Counted from the first letter of the stretch, positions 7,057 through 16,925 are shown. The stretch: DNA of 64,000 nucleotides from Candidatus Nomurabacteria bacterium (GCA_020632375.1 JACKFR010000004.1:1921-65920); one strand, 5' to 3'. The notes: generated by a model not told the origin, from the letters alone. Made by a program: numbers and translations.

Positions 7057-8328
7057 CTAGCTTCCTTTATAGTAGTTTTCCGGGTTTGTAAATTTATCAT
7101 ACGCAAACCTAGCAATTGCTACCGGAGTTACATCATAAGGATGCGCAAGGTCTCCTGTATGATCCGTTACTCCACTTAATCTGTCTGGCAGGAATATGTT
7201 TACTTTAGGGATCTTTGCAAATGGTAACAACTTTGTCCACGGATATTCCAGCATAACATTTTTAATATCTGGAAGCATAGCACCACCTCCGCATAGATAG
7301 ATTTGAGGGGGAAAAACGTCAACATCTTCAATTTCACCTAGTGCTGCAGCAAAAGTTTTCATCCACAGCTCGGTAGTAGGGTATACGATCTGCTTTACTT
7401 CACTGTGTACTTTCGATTCAAGGTCGTTGTTGCTGTACTTTCTTTTGCGTGATTCAGCGTGCCTGTAGTCCAAATTCATCCCTTTTGCGATTTCTTTAGT
7501 AAAAGCCCGTCCTCCAAATGCAAACATCTGTGTGTCTAAAACATTTCCATGGTCTACAACCGCAATATCAGTCGTTCCACCTCCTATGTCTACAAAAATC
7601 GCTGAGAAATCAGACCTTCTGGCATCACCATAGGCTCTTGCGACTGCAAACGGCTGTGCCACCACACCAATCATTTGCAACTTTAGTGCATCGGCGATCT
7701 TCTTGAGAGATTCAACATAAGTCTTAGGTGCAAAAGAAGCGTAAAAGTACAGTTTGACACTTTTACCTCTAAAGCCGACAAGTGTGTTTACATTCATCCC
7801 TCCAATCTCCATTCCAGTTACTGTGATGTGTAAGATCTCTATGTCTTCGTGGACAAGCCCGGTTCTTGCGGCCAAGTCATTTTTTCCTTCGTTAATGATC
7901 TGTTCATGGACTTTGCTAATAATCTTTTCTTCTTCTTCTTTTGTAACTTCGTTGTCAAACTTCGCTTCTCGTTCATAGTTCACGATAATTGAGACGCCTT
8001 GGATATATTCTCCTGCAATTCCCATAACGACATGAGTTGGCATTTCATTTGGTTCTAATCCCGAAGTAATTTCTGAAATCGCCAAGTCACAGTTTTCTAA
8101 AACCGTGTTGAGATTTTGTATTTGGCCTTTGCTCATAGCGCTTTGTTGCTGTTGAATTCTCGCTACTTTGTGGATATTAATACCATGGGGATTTGCGTTG
8201 AAAAGAACAACTTTAAGAATCTCTGTCCCGATGTCTATCGACAGCATATTGCTGTTAGGGGGGGGCTGAACGTCACTACTTGTGCTCTTTGAAAAAGGCA
8301 GTTTAAACATGAAAATAGTATACCACAA
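7057..8328 (-). CDS. Actin-fold ATPase of the FtsA/PilM family
   Basis: Motifs LSIDIGTEILKVV, MGIAGEYIQG, FVDIGGGTTDIAV, FGGRAFTKEIA and LCGGGAMLPDI. The 27-aa N-terminal extension contains a C8 (PPP) tract. An alternative start at MLSIDIG lies at about 8247. Confidence 0.75.
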   Translation of the reverse strand: MWYTIFMFKLPFSKSTSSDVQPPPNSNMLSIDIGTEILKVVLFNANPHGINIHKVARIQQQQSAMSKGQIQNLNTVLENCDLAISEITSGLEPNEMPTHVVMGIAGEYIQGVSIIVNYEREAKFDNEVTKEEEEKIISKVHEQIINEGKNDLAARTGLVHEDIEILHITVTGMEIGGMNVNTLVGFRGKSVKLYFYASFAPKTYVESLKKIADALKLQMIGVVAQPFAVARAYGDARRSDFSAIFVDIGGGTTDIAVVDHGNVLDTQMFAFGGRAFTKEIAKGMNLDYRHAESRKRKYSNNDLESKVHSEVKQIVYPTTELWMKTFAAALGEIEDVDVFPPQIYLCGGGAMLPDIKNVMLEYPWTKLLPFAKIPKVNIFLPDRLSGVTDHTGDLAHPYDVTPVAIARFAYDKFTNPENYYKGS

Positions 8329-8351
8329 GGAAGCCCTCTGCTAGAACAGAA

Positions 8352-9923
8352 TCAACTTCGCCCTCCTCCTTTTTCAGTTGCGTAGTACTCACCACGGAAT
8401 TTGTTAAGAAGCATCTCTGTCTGAGCTTGGATTTTAGGTATAAATCCAAAAGTAAGCATGTTTACTGTGATGAGTTGAATTTCGACAATATCTAAAAGTT
8501 TTCTTAAAAAATTCCAGTTTTTGGGCATCTTTATTAATTTCGTCTTAACAATATAAACAGGAATATTTAGAGTCATAAGTGCACCAAGCACATAACTCAT
8601 TGCTTTTGTGAGATTGTAGGACGCTGAGCTATATTGGAATCCGTTGCTAATCAAGTGCATTATGGGGACAGAAAACGTGATTGTATAGACTGCTGTTGTA
8701 AAAGCGATTTGGTTGTGGACGAGCCTTCTGACTAGATCAGCTTTTTTAAACGGTTTAATCTTTTTATTTTTGTAAAATCCTGCAAATGTCATCGGAAAAA
8801 CAATTACACCCCAGCCCCAGCGAAGTTGCTGTTTATATAGAGCTTGGTGGCTTTTCCAGTAGCTTTCATTTTCAACTGCGTCGTTATAAGTTGGAATATA
8901 GACCTCTTCTCCAACAAAATCTCCATCAAATTTTAAGACAGCTTCCCAATAAAAAGTAGTATCGTCTATTCCGACATCTGGATGCCAGAATCCAACATCC
9001 TTTACCGTCTTCAAGCTGACGACATAGGCCGACCATGTATCGCGCATGTTCCGTTCAACAACCCATGAATGCATTATTGCCAATGTCAACGAATTTGCAA
9101 AAACGCGATTTAGAACCGGGACAGCCCAGATATTATTTTTAAATGTATGGACTGCTGAAGCAAAAAATTTCTTATAATTATCTTCTGTTGTTAGATACTT
9201 ATAAGTAATTGATGAGAGATACTTTGGATGCGGTCTTAAATCACAGTCATTAGTTATTAAAAGGTAATCGTCAGGTTTTTCACCTCTCTCTTCAATTTTT
9301 TTGACAAATCTGCGGGTAGCCCAATTTATGTTTGCACCTTTTACGCCTTTTATTTCACCGGGGATACCAGCTGGATGCACATCGTAATACATTTCTCTAA
9401 ATTTGTTTTTATATTTCTTTATAAGTTTTTCACATGTGGGGATACTCATGTCTGTAAATCTTTCTTCGAGTGCGAAAACAATTGAAATTTTATCTGCTCC
9501 TATATCTTGCTCGGAAAAAAGCTTAATTGCAGGATCTAGTGTCTCTAGTCCCTCTTTCACCATCGGGCAAATGTAGACATATTTCATCTCTTTTGCATCT
9601 AACATTTTGACTTTCTTGACCCAGTCTATAGACAAGTCTCGCTTCATTCGCTTGTAACCCACGACTATTCCGTATGCAAATTTAAAACCTCTATAGCTCC
9701 AATAAGCTGTTATCAAAGCGACATAAACAACGAGAAGCTCAAACTGGTTTGTTAGCGATAGGATTACGGGAAGAAGAATCAAAACCCAGGTGATAGCACC
9801 AGGAACTTTTTCAAATATTTTTGTATACCATTCTGGAACCCAAACAGGATAGCCTCTTTTTTTATCTGGATGACGGTAGTCGTTATAGTTGAAGTCTCTA
9901 TCTACCTTGTATTTTTGGGGCAT
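8352..9923 (-). CDS. Polytopic family-2 glycosyltransferase of the processive (cellulose/chitin-synthase-like) type
   Basis: DxD-like motif LLITNDCDLRP, the segment GIDDTTFYWEA, and a Q-x-x-R-W motif (KQQLRWGWG). TM segments flank the catalytic domain on both the N- and C-terminal sides. Confidence 0.8.
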   Translation of the reverse strand: MPQKYKVDRDFNYNDYRHPDKKRGYPVWVPEWYTKIFEKVPGAITWVLILLPVILSLTNQFELLVVYVALITAYWSYRGFKFAYGIVVGYKRMKRDLSIDWVKKVKMLDAKEMKYVYICPMVKEGLETLDPAIKLFSEQDIGADKISIVFALEERFTDMSIPTCEKLIKKYKNKFREMYYDVHPAGIPGEIKGVKGANINWATRRFVKKIEERGEKPDDYLLITNDCDLRPHPKYLSSITYKYLTTEDNYKKFFASAVHTFKNNIWAVPVLNRVFANSLTLAIMHSWVVERNMRDTWSAYVVSLKTVKDVGFWHPDVGIDDTTFYWEAVLKFDGDFVGEEVYIPTYNDAVENESYWKSHQALYKQQLRWGWGVIVFPMTFAGFYKNKKIKPFKKADLVRRLVHNQIAFTTAVYTITFSVPIMHLISNGFQYSSASYNLTKAMSYVLGALMTLNIPVYIVKTKLIKMPKNWNFLRKLLDIVEIQLITVNMLTFGFIPKIQAQTEMLLNKFRGEYYATEKGGGRS

Positions 9924-9926
9924 TTT

Positions 9927-11669
9927 CTAAACAAAAACAGGTAAAATCATTGGCTCTCGCTCAGTTTTTTTGTAAATATACTTTGAAAGCCTTGTTTCGA
10001 GAAGTTTTCGGAGTTCCTTTCGGTCTGGATTTGCTTTTCTGGATGACAGCCATTCTCGGTGAGTGTCTTTGACAATGTTATCGAGCTCTTTGAAAAGCTT
10101 TTGAGAGTTTTTCACATACACAAAACCTCTTGATAAGAAATTGAGATTTCCAATAATCTGATTTGTCTTGTTGTTTAAATTCATTATAACTGCAACCATA
10201 CCGTATTCTGCAAGTTGTGTTCGATCTTTTAGGACAATGTCTCCAATATCTCCTACACCTAGTCCATCAATCATTACTGGCTTGGACTCAATCTGCTTAC
10301 CTCTTTTCCAGTCTCTTCCTTCGTAGATCCACATTTGGCCATCATCTGTGAGCAAGACTTTATCTTCAGGAGTGCCCCAGCTGACATAGTTCTTTTTATT
10401 GTAATAACGCATTGTCAGGCTGCCGTGAATTGGCATTACATATCTCGGTTCTGTCAGTTTATACATTATTCTCATGTCTTCTTTTAGACCGTGGCCGCTT
10501 TCATGAACCTGCATGAATGAGTTTTGAACCAGCTCTGCGCCTCTTTTAATTAGCCGGTCTGTCATTTCTCCGATTTTTGTTACATTCCCAGGAATTTCTG
10601 ACGCAGATAAGATAACCAGGTCACCTTGTTTTACTTTGAAATGGGCGTGTTCGCCTAGTGAAACACGATTTAATGCAGAATATCTTTCTGCCTGGCTGCC
10701 GGTGCAGATAAACATAATCTGATTATCTTGAAATTTGGACATATTCTTTTCGGGCTGGATGAGATCTCTTGGAACTGAGATATAATGTTGTTCTTGAGCT
10801 ATTGCTATTGAATTTCTAAGACTTCTTCCCGAAATAAAGACTTTTCGGTTTAATTTCTCTGCAATTTTTATAACTGAATAGAGACGAGAAATAATACTTG
10901 AAAACGCAGCGACAACTATTCTTCCATCATGCTTCGCTATAATATCTTCAAGATTATGTGCAATTTCAGCACCTGATTTTGCTTTCCCTTCACTTTTTGA
11001 ATTGGTGCTTTCCATGAGAGCAAGGTCTACTTTGCCCCTGAGCTGTTTTAGAGCCTCATAATCTGTTTCTGCTTCATTCGCAGGATCAGTATCAATCTTG
11101 TAATCACCGGAGAAAAAAACATTTCCGCTTGGTGATTGGACAAAGATAGAGAATGCGTTTGGAATCGAGTGGGTGACACCAATAAATGAAACTTTAAACC
11201 GACCAATACTCATTTGTGTGTTGCGATCAATGTCATGTAGCTTAACTTTGTTAAGCATTCCAGCTTCTTTAAGCTTGCTTGCTATTAATGCATTTGCGAA
11301 TTTTCCTCCATAGATTGGTGGGTAGTCTAGTTCTGGCAATATATATTCAAGTCCTCCTGTATGGTCGAGATGACCGTGGGTTATTAAGATCGCTTTGACG
11401 CGTTTTTTGTTTCTTTTCAGATAGGCGATATTAGGGATTAGATAGTCAATTCCTAAAAGTTCCTGGCCTGGAAACGAAAATCCGCAATCGATTATTAAAA
11501 TATCTTTACCGAATTCGATGAAATTGCAGTTACGGCCGACTTCTTCAGTTCCTGAAAGAGTACATACCTTAAGCTGCTGTTTTGTATTTCGGGAAAAACG
11601 GTTCGGGCGAGATTTCCTGCTGCGAAAGCGACTGTCAGGTTGCTTAGTGCCTTTATTTTCTTCTGTCAT
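9927..11669 (-). CDS. rnj: Ribonuclease J (metallo-beta-lactamase / beta-CASP)
   Basis: ILITHGHLDHTGG (HxHxDH motif) and the N-terminal segment LSGTEEVGRNCNFIEFGKDILIIDCGFSFPG…GIDYLIPN. The length (~580 aa) and overall layout are typical of RNase J. Confidence 0.9.
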   Translation of the reverse strand: MTEENKGTKQPDSRFRSRKSRPNRFSRNTKQQLKVCTLSGTEEVGRNCNFIEFGKDILIIDCGFSFPGQELLGIDYLIPNIAYLKRNKKRVKAILITHGHLDHTGGLEYILPELDYPPIYGGKFANALIASKLKEAGMLNKVKLHDIDRNTQMSIGRFKVSFIGVTHSIPNAFSIFVQSPSGNVFFSGDYKIDTDPANEAETDYEALKQLRGKVDLALMESTNSKSEGKAKSGAEIAHNLEDIIAKHDGRIVVAAFSSIISRLYSVIKIAEKLNRKVFISGRSLRNSIAIAQEQHYISVPRDLIQPEKNMSKFQDNQIMFICTGSQAERYSALNRVSLGEHAHFKVKQGDLVILSASEIPGNVTKIGEMTDRLIKRGAELVQNSFMQVHESGHGLKEDMRIMYKLTEPRYVMPIHGSLTMRYYNKKNYVSWGTPEDKVLLTDDGQMWIYEGRDWKRGKQIESKPVMIDGLGVGDIGDIVLKDRTQLAEYGMVAVIMNLNNKTNQIIGNLNFLSRGFVYVKNSQKLFKELDNIVKDTHREWLSSRKANPDRKELRKLLETRLSKYIYKKTEREPMILPVFV

Positions 11670-11707
11670 AGGTCTGATTATATCATGAGATGCAGGAGGT
11701 GCCTCGT

Positions 11708-12208
11708 CTACTGTTCAGTGTTTTCTTCACAAATATACAACCTGCTATATGCTTGCCGCTCGGAACTTGAAGTAGGGGTGTATCCGGATTCTGTTAAGAT
11801 ATGTATTGCATCCGAAAAAGCGTCGGCATTTAGATCTACGTTTCCAAGATGGATTGTATGAAAGAGAACATTGATGTGGCGTTTTTTTACGATGGCTTGT
11901 AGGATATTGGTTACCAAAGTAACCCTTCTTTCCAATTCTTTTCCTGGATGATCACCAAGATTGTCAGTTAAAGCGTGTTCTTCATGCTCTTCTTTCTGCC
12001 ATTTTATAGAACAATACTGATCCGGGCTTTCTCCATGGATGCGGATAGTAACAGCTTCTGCCGCCTGAAGTCCTTCTGAACCAGGGGTTGATGCAACGAA
12101 TGCAGGTAAACCCTTTTGTTCAGTCTCTTGTATTACGAATCTCGTAGAGTCTTCTCTGTGTTCAGGACTATTAACTTCTAAGCTAAAAACAGAATAGATA
12201 TTACCCAT
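11708..12208 (-). CDS. Hypothetical acidic, His-rich protein (166 aa)
   Basis: ORF located between rnj and the valS leader. I recognise no motif: I looked for 2H-phosphoesterase HxTx pairs and PTPS motifs and did not find them. Confidence 0.5.
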   Translation of the reverse strand: MGNIYSVFSLEVNSPEHREDSTRFVIQETEQKGLPAFVASTPGSEGLQAAEAVTIRIHGESPDQYCSIKWQKEEHEEHALTDNLGDHPGKELERRVTLVTNILQAIVKKRHINVLFHTIHLGNVDLNADAFSDAIHILTESGYTPTSSSERQAYSRLYICEENTEQ

Positions 12209-12391
12209 TTCTCGTGTAAGTGTGAAATTTTAATATTCCTGTATTATACGTTACTTACTATGGGTTGACAAAGCACTCTGAAGGATTTGCTTTCTGTGAA
12301 AAACAAATTCATGATATAATCGCTCAAATTAAAACAGAACCATTTGAGAAGGCTTGTCACCTTCAAGGTCCAGAAAGAAATTCAAATCTAC

Positions 12392-12575
12392 TTGCGATAG
12401 GCGATTTGAAGATTAGAGTCTGGCAGAACCCGACTGTATAAATAGGGAGCGCATGTCAGTTTCAGAGTGCGCACAAGCCGGATACAGTGATGTATTTGGG
12501 AAGTAAGGTGGTACCACGGTAAACCCGTCCTTATGTGATGCTAGTTCATTGGCATTATATTAGGGCGGTTTTTTT
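12392..12575 (+). promoter_or_regulatory. T-box riboswitch leader (transcription-termination type) controlling valS; tentative specifier GUC (Val)
   Basis: An extended -10 (TGATATAAT, 12312-20) lies upstream. Stem I opens with CTTGCGATAG, and GATTAGAGTC resembles the AG bay. The T-box sequence is AAGGTGGTACCACGG (12505-12519). The terminator pairs CCGTCCTTATGTGATGC (12525-41) with GCATTATATTAGGGCGG (12552-68) and is followed by T7. GTC-A at 12455-12458 sits where a specifier is expected. Confidence 0.8.
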
Positions 12576-12613
12576 ATGCTCGACCAATTATTGTATAGTT
12601 TAATTATTAATTA

Positions 12614-14968
12614 ATGAAAATGTCAGAAAAACAAGATAAAACAAAACAGATGGAGAGTGCTTTTGATGCCTCGACAGAAGAGTCTTTATATAAGCTTTGG
12701 GAAGAGTCGGGCTTTTTTACCCCCGAAAATGTTGAAAAATATTTGAAAGAAAATGGAAATGAAATTAAAAAGCCTTTTACGATAACCCTACCGCCTCCAA
12801 ATGCAAACGGGCAGCTTCATTTGGGGCATACTTGTGGGTATTCATTTCAGGACGCAATGGGTCGATTTAACCGAATGATGGGTCATCCTACACTTCTACT
12901 TCCTGGAAAAGACCATGCGAGCATCCAAACTGAAGCTGTTTTTTCAAGAATCCTTGAAGAACAGGGTGAAAACAAATGGGATCTCGGCAGAGATGAGTTT
13001 TATAAGCGTTGTTACGAATTTTGTATGAGTGCTGCGAAAAATGCTCAAGAGCAAGAGAAACGTATTGGGCTTTCAGCTGACTGGAGCCGTGATTTTTTCA
13101 CACTTGACCCAAGGCTTAATGAAATTATTAATGAAACTTTTTTTGAAATGTTTAAAGATGGGCTAATATACCGTGGTAAATATATAATTAACCAGTGCCC
13201 TCACTGTAGAACTGCTCTTGCAGATATCGATACTGAGCGAAAGGAAATGCCAGGGATTTTTGCGTATATAGTTTATCCATTTACTGATGAAAAAGATAAT
13301 GATCTTGCCGAAAAGAAGCTTGGTCAAAGAGGGATTATGATCGCAACAACCCGCCCTGAGACAATGCTTGCAGACACTGCTGTTGCCGTTAATCCAGATG
13401 ACGATAGATACAAAGAATTTGTTGGGAAAAAAGTAATGCTCCCTGTTGCTAATCGCGAAATCCCAATAATCGCAGATGAAGCGGTTGACATTGAAAATGG
13501 TACTGGAGCTTTGAAAGTTACACCAGCTCACTCACCAATTGACTTTGATATCGGACTTACTCACAATCTAGATGTCATCAATGTTATTGATGAAAACGGT
13601 CATATGACAGGTGAAATCCCTGAACGATTTAAAGGAATGGAAACAATTGAATGCTCAAAAGCTTTGGTCAAAGAATTGGAAGAAATGGGGCTTCTCAATA
13701 AGATTGAAAGAATAAAGCATGAAGTTACCGTTTGTGAAAGATGCCAGACACCGATTGAGCCAATTGTTTCATATCAGTGGTTTGTTGATGTAAAACCGCT
13801 TGCAGAAAAAGCACTTGAAGCTATCCGAACTGGGAAAACAATTGTTATCCCTGACGGTCAGCAGTCAGCGTTAATTCATTTCTTCGAGAATATTAAGCCT
13901 TGGTGTATTTCGAGACAGCTGTGGTGGGGACAAAGGATTCCTGTCTGGTACAGTGGAGGAAAGAAATTGTACGATTGGCTACAAGATAACCCAGAGTCAA
14001 CAATTGAAGATTGGGAAGAAGAAACAGGTGATAAAGCTAAAGGATCGGGTAAAATTATTGCCTCGCTTGATAAACCAGAAAATGACCCTGAATGGAAAGG
14101 AAGTTCTATGGATCTTTGGCTAGAAGAAGAATCTGATATCTTTGATACTTGGTTCAGCTCCGGTCAGTGGCCATTTTCTACGCTTGGTGGGCGGGAAGGT
14201 GAAGACTTTAAGAAGTATTATCCAACTCAAGTCATGGAAACAGCCCGAGACATCCTCTTTTGGTGGGTTGCTAGAATGATGATGCTCGGAATTTATAAGA
14301 CAGGTGAGACACCCTTTGCAAGAGTCTTTCTGCATGGTCTTATTCTTGCCGCAGATGGTTCCAAGATGTCAAAGTCTAGAAATAACGGTGTAGCACCAGC
14401 TGAAGTTTTTAAAAAGTATGGCGCAGATGCACTGAGACTTTGGTATTTTACAGATTCTTTGCCAGGATCGAATACTCTTCTTCAAGAAGAAAAGATCAAA
14501 GGTAATAGATTTTTCATTAACAAAATCTGGAATGCGAGCCGGTTTATACTTTTGAATCTTGAGGAGAGTGAAATTCCTGCCCTCAGAAGCAGGTTAGAAG
14601 CAATTGATAATGGTTGGAAAAATGGTGATCTTAGTGCGAGTGAAATTTTAATGAAAACTAAAGAGCACACAGAGAAGATTATTGAGTATATGGATCAGCT
14701 CAGGTTTCATTTGGCAGCAGAGTCAATAAGAGAATTTTTCTGGAAATATTTCTGTGATATCTGCATCGAGGACACAAAAAACGAAATAAAGGGTAAAGAA
14801 ATTGGTAGCGATGAGAGAATTGAGTCTCTTGCAATTCTTCTTTACGTACTCAAGCAAAACTTAAAGATCATGCATCCTTTGATTCCGTATATCACAGAAG
14901 CAGTCTGGCAAGAATTAACTAAAGCTGGCCTTGCAGAAGGATTCATAATGGTTCAGCAAATCGGTTAG
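12614..14968 (+). CDS. valS: Valyl-tRNA synthetase (short form without the C-terminal coiled coil)
   Basis: PPPNANGQLHLGH (HIGH region, ValRS-type PPPN), KMSKSRNN (KMSKS motif), an editing domain with TRPETMLADTAVAVNP, and a Val-type T-box leader upstream. Confidence 0.9.
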   Translation: MKMSEKQDKTKQMESAFDASTEESLYKLWEESGFFTPENVEKYLKENGNEIKKPFTITLPPPNANGQLHLGHTCGYSFQDAMGRFNRMMGHPTLLLPGKDHASIQTEAVFSRILEEQGENKWDLGRDEFYKRCYEFCMSAAKNAQEQEKRIGLSADWSRDFFTLDPRLNEIINETFFEMFKDGLIYRGKYIINQCPHCRTALADIDTERKEMPGIFAYIVYPFTDEKDNDLAEKKLGQRGIMIATTRPETMLADTAVAVNPDDDRYKEFVGKKVMLPVANREIPIIADEAVDIENGTGALKVTPAHSPIDFDIGLTHNLDVINVIDENGHMTGEIPERFKGMETIECSKALVKELEEMGLLNKIERIKHEVTVCERCQTPIEPIVSYQWFVDVKPLAEKALEAIRTGKTIVIPDGQQSALIHFFENIKPWCISRQLWWGQRIPVWYSGGKKLYDWLQDNPESTIEDWEEETGDKAKGSGKIIASLDKPENDPEWKGSSMDLWLEEESDIFDTWFSSGQWPFSTLGGREGEDFKKYYPTQVMETARDILFWWVARMMMLGIYKTGETPFARVFLHGLILAADGSKMSKSRNNGVAPAEVFKKYGADALRLWYFTDSLPGSNTLLQEEKIKGNRFFINKIWNASRFILLNLEESEIPALRSRLEAIDNGWKNGDLSASEILMKTKEHTEKIIEYMDQLRFHLAAESIREFFWKYFCDICIEDTKNEIKGKEIGSDERIESLAILLYVLKQNLKIMHPLIPYITEAVWQELTKAGLAEGFIMVQQIG

Positions 14969-14987
14969 CTTTTGAGCTGTAAGAAAG

Positions 14988-16772
14988 TTAAACAATTCCT
15001 GTACTGTCTTGCTCTTCGAGCTCTTTTGTATACTCGAATTTCTTGAACAAAAGCTTTGGTTCACTAATTTTGCTCCCTGGGCGGACTTCATTAAAGAACC
15101 ATGAATCTTTAATGGTCTCAACACGCCCCTTTTCATCAAGTTCGGCATTTGGATCGGGCTCTAGGCAGTTTAAAATTCTAGCTAATTCAGCTGCAGCAAA
15201 TGGAGTAAATGGCTTTAGAAGTGACTGGAGTGCGCTAACGAGCTGGATCGCATTGTAGATTATCTGCTCTGCTTCATGGGGTGAACTTTTAATTTTTACC
15301 CAAGGCTCGCTATCATTAAAGTATTTATTTGCGAAATGGCCTAATTTCAAAATTGTTTCTATAGCTTTTATGAACTGTGCTTTTTCCAGATACTTAGAAG
15401 TTTTCTCAAATGCAGAATAAATCTCTTTTTCAACTTCTTCATCAAGAATACCGTTTGGAACTTTTTTGCCAAAGTGGCTCCTTGAGAAAGTAAGTGCTCT
15501 GTTAATGAAATTTCCGATATTCCCGACAAGTTCATTATTATTTGCTTCTATAAAATCTTTCATTGTAAATTCACGATCCTGTTTTTCCGGAGCATATTTA
15601 ACAAAAAAGTATCTTAATGGATCAGGCCCATACTCTTCTAATAGATGAGAAACTGTAAGACTATTGCCATCGCCCTTTGACATCTTTTTCCCTTTATACA
15701 TGAGCATGTTGTTTGCAGGAATATCGTAAGGAAGGTTCAGCGGCTTTCTTAAAGATTCTCCAGGAAGAGGTCTTTCAAGTGGCACTTTCTGATACTTCTG
15801 GTTGTAAGCGATAATTTCTCCTGGCCATATGATTGTATGGAATGGGACATTACCACCTGCGATGAAATAGTAATGCTTACATTCTGAATCTTTCCAGAAA
15901 TCTTCCCATGAAGAAGGATTGCCATTTTTCTGTGCCCATTCAATTGCAGCAGATAGATAGCCAACCACGGCTTCAATCCAAACATAAAGAACCTTGTTCT
16001 CCCAACCTTTAACTGGCACTGGAACTCCGAAGTCCATGTCTCTTGTAACTGGTCTCGGCTCCAAGCCTTGTTTAATCCACCCAAGTGAAAATTCTCTAAC
16101 CCATTTTCTCCACGGTTTACTCTTTTTTGAAATCCACTCACCAAGGTCTTTCTGAAGAGCTGATAGATCCATGTAAAAATGCTCAGTTTCTTTCATTATT
16201 GGAACGCTTTCTGATAGAGTGCTGTAAGGATCTATTAAATCTTCAGGTTCTAGAAAAGCTCCACACTCAGGACACTCATCGCCACGTGCATTTGTAGCAC
16301 CACACTTTGGGCAAGTCCCTCTTACATATCTGTCTGGAAGAAATCTTTTGACCGTCTCATCAAAATACTGTTTAGACTTCTTTATATCTAGGTAACCGTA
16401 TTCTTTGAGTGTAAGAAAAATATTTTGTGATACTTCTGCATGTAGTTCTGTTGTAGTTGATGTGTAATTCTCATACAACAACCCGAGCGCTTTATATGAA
16501 GCGACAATTGACTCGTGTGATTTCTTTGCCATTTCTTCTGGTGTGATGCCAAGCTCTTCTGCTTTAAAAACAACTGGTGCGCCATGAGAATCGCTGCCTG
16601 AGACCATCAAAACATTATTTCCTTTTAGACGGTGGTATCTTGCAAAAACATCTGCTACAACGTTTTGACCAGCAAGATGACCAATATGAATATCTCCATT
16701 TGCATATGGCCAGGAGACACCGATAAATATTTTTTGTGGGGTTATTTCTTTATTAAAGAAGAGGCGAATCAC
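14988..16772 (-). CDS. metG: Methionyl-tRNA synthetase
   Basis: WPYANGDIHIGHLAG, the zinc knuckles CPKCGATNARGDECPECG, and KMSKGDGN. Confidence 0.95.
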   Translation of the reverse strand: MIRLFFNKEITPQKIFIGVSWPYANGDIHIGHLAGQNVVADVFARYHRLKGNNVLMVSGSDSHGAPVVFKAEELGITPEEMAKKSHESIVASYKALGLLYENYTSTTTELHAEVSQNIFLTLKEYGYLDIKKSKQYFDETVKRFLPDRYVRGTCPKCGATNARGDECPECGAFLEPEDLIDPYSTLSESVPIMKETEHFYMDLSALQKDLGEWISKKSKPWRKWVREFSLGWIKQGLEPRPVTRDMDFGVPVPVKGWENKVLYVWIEAVVGYLSAAIEWAQKNGNPSSWEDFWKDSECKHYYFIAGGNVPFHTIIWPGEIIAYNQKYQKVPLERPLPGESLRKPLNLPYDIPANNMLMYKGKKMSKGDGNSLTVSHLLEEYGPDPLRYFFVKYAPEKQDREFTMKDFIEANNNELVGNIGNFINRALTFSRSHFGKKVPNGILDEEVEKEIYSAFEKTSKYLEKAQFIKAIETILKLGHFANKYFNDSEPWVKIKSSPHEAEQIIYNAIQLVSALQSLLKPFTPFAAAELARILNCLEPDPNAELDEKGRVETIKDSWFFNEVRPGSKISEPKLLFKKFEYTKELEEQDSTGIV

Positions 16773-16925
16773 ATTTTATTCGGGTAATTCTAACAAATTT
16801 CATTAAAATATGAAACGTTGACGGCTTTTTTAGCAAATAGGAGTCTGATTTAAAAATCGAAGGCGGCATTATTACATAGAAATTCCCTTCGTGCTATTAT
16901 AATGACATAAATAACTGCCAAAAGT

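Noticed and set aside
11640-11861. A 73-aa + strand ORF bridging the rnj start and the 166-aa gene.
   Set aside because: It overlaps two minus-strand genes and the short intergenic region, and has no independent support.
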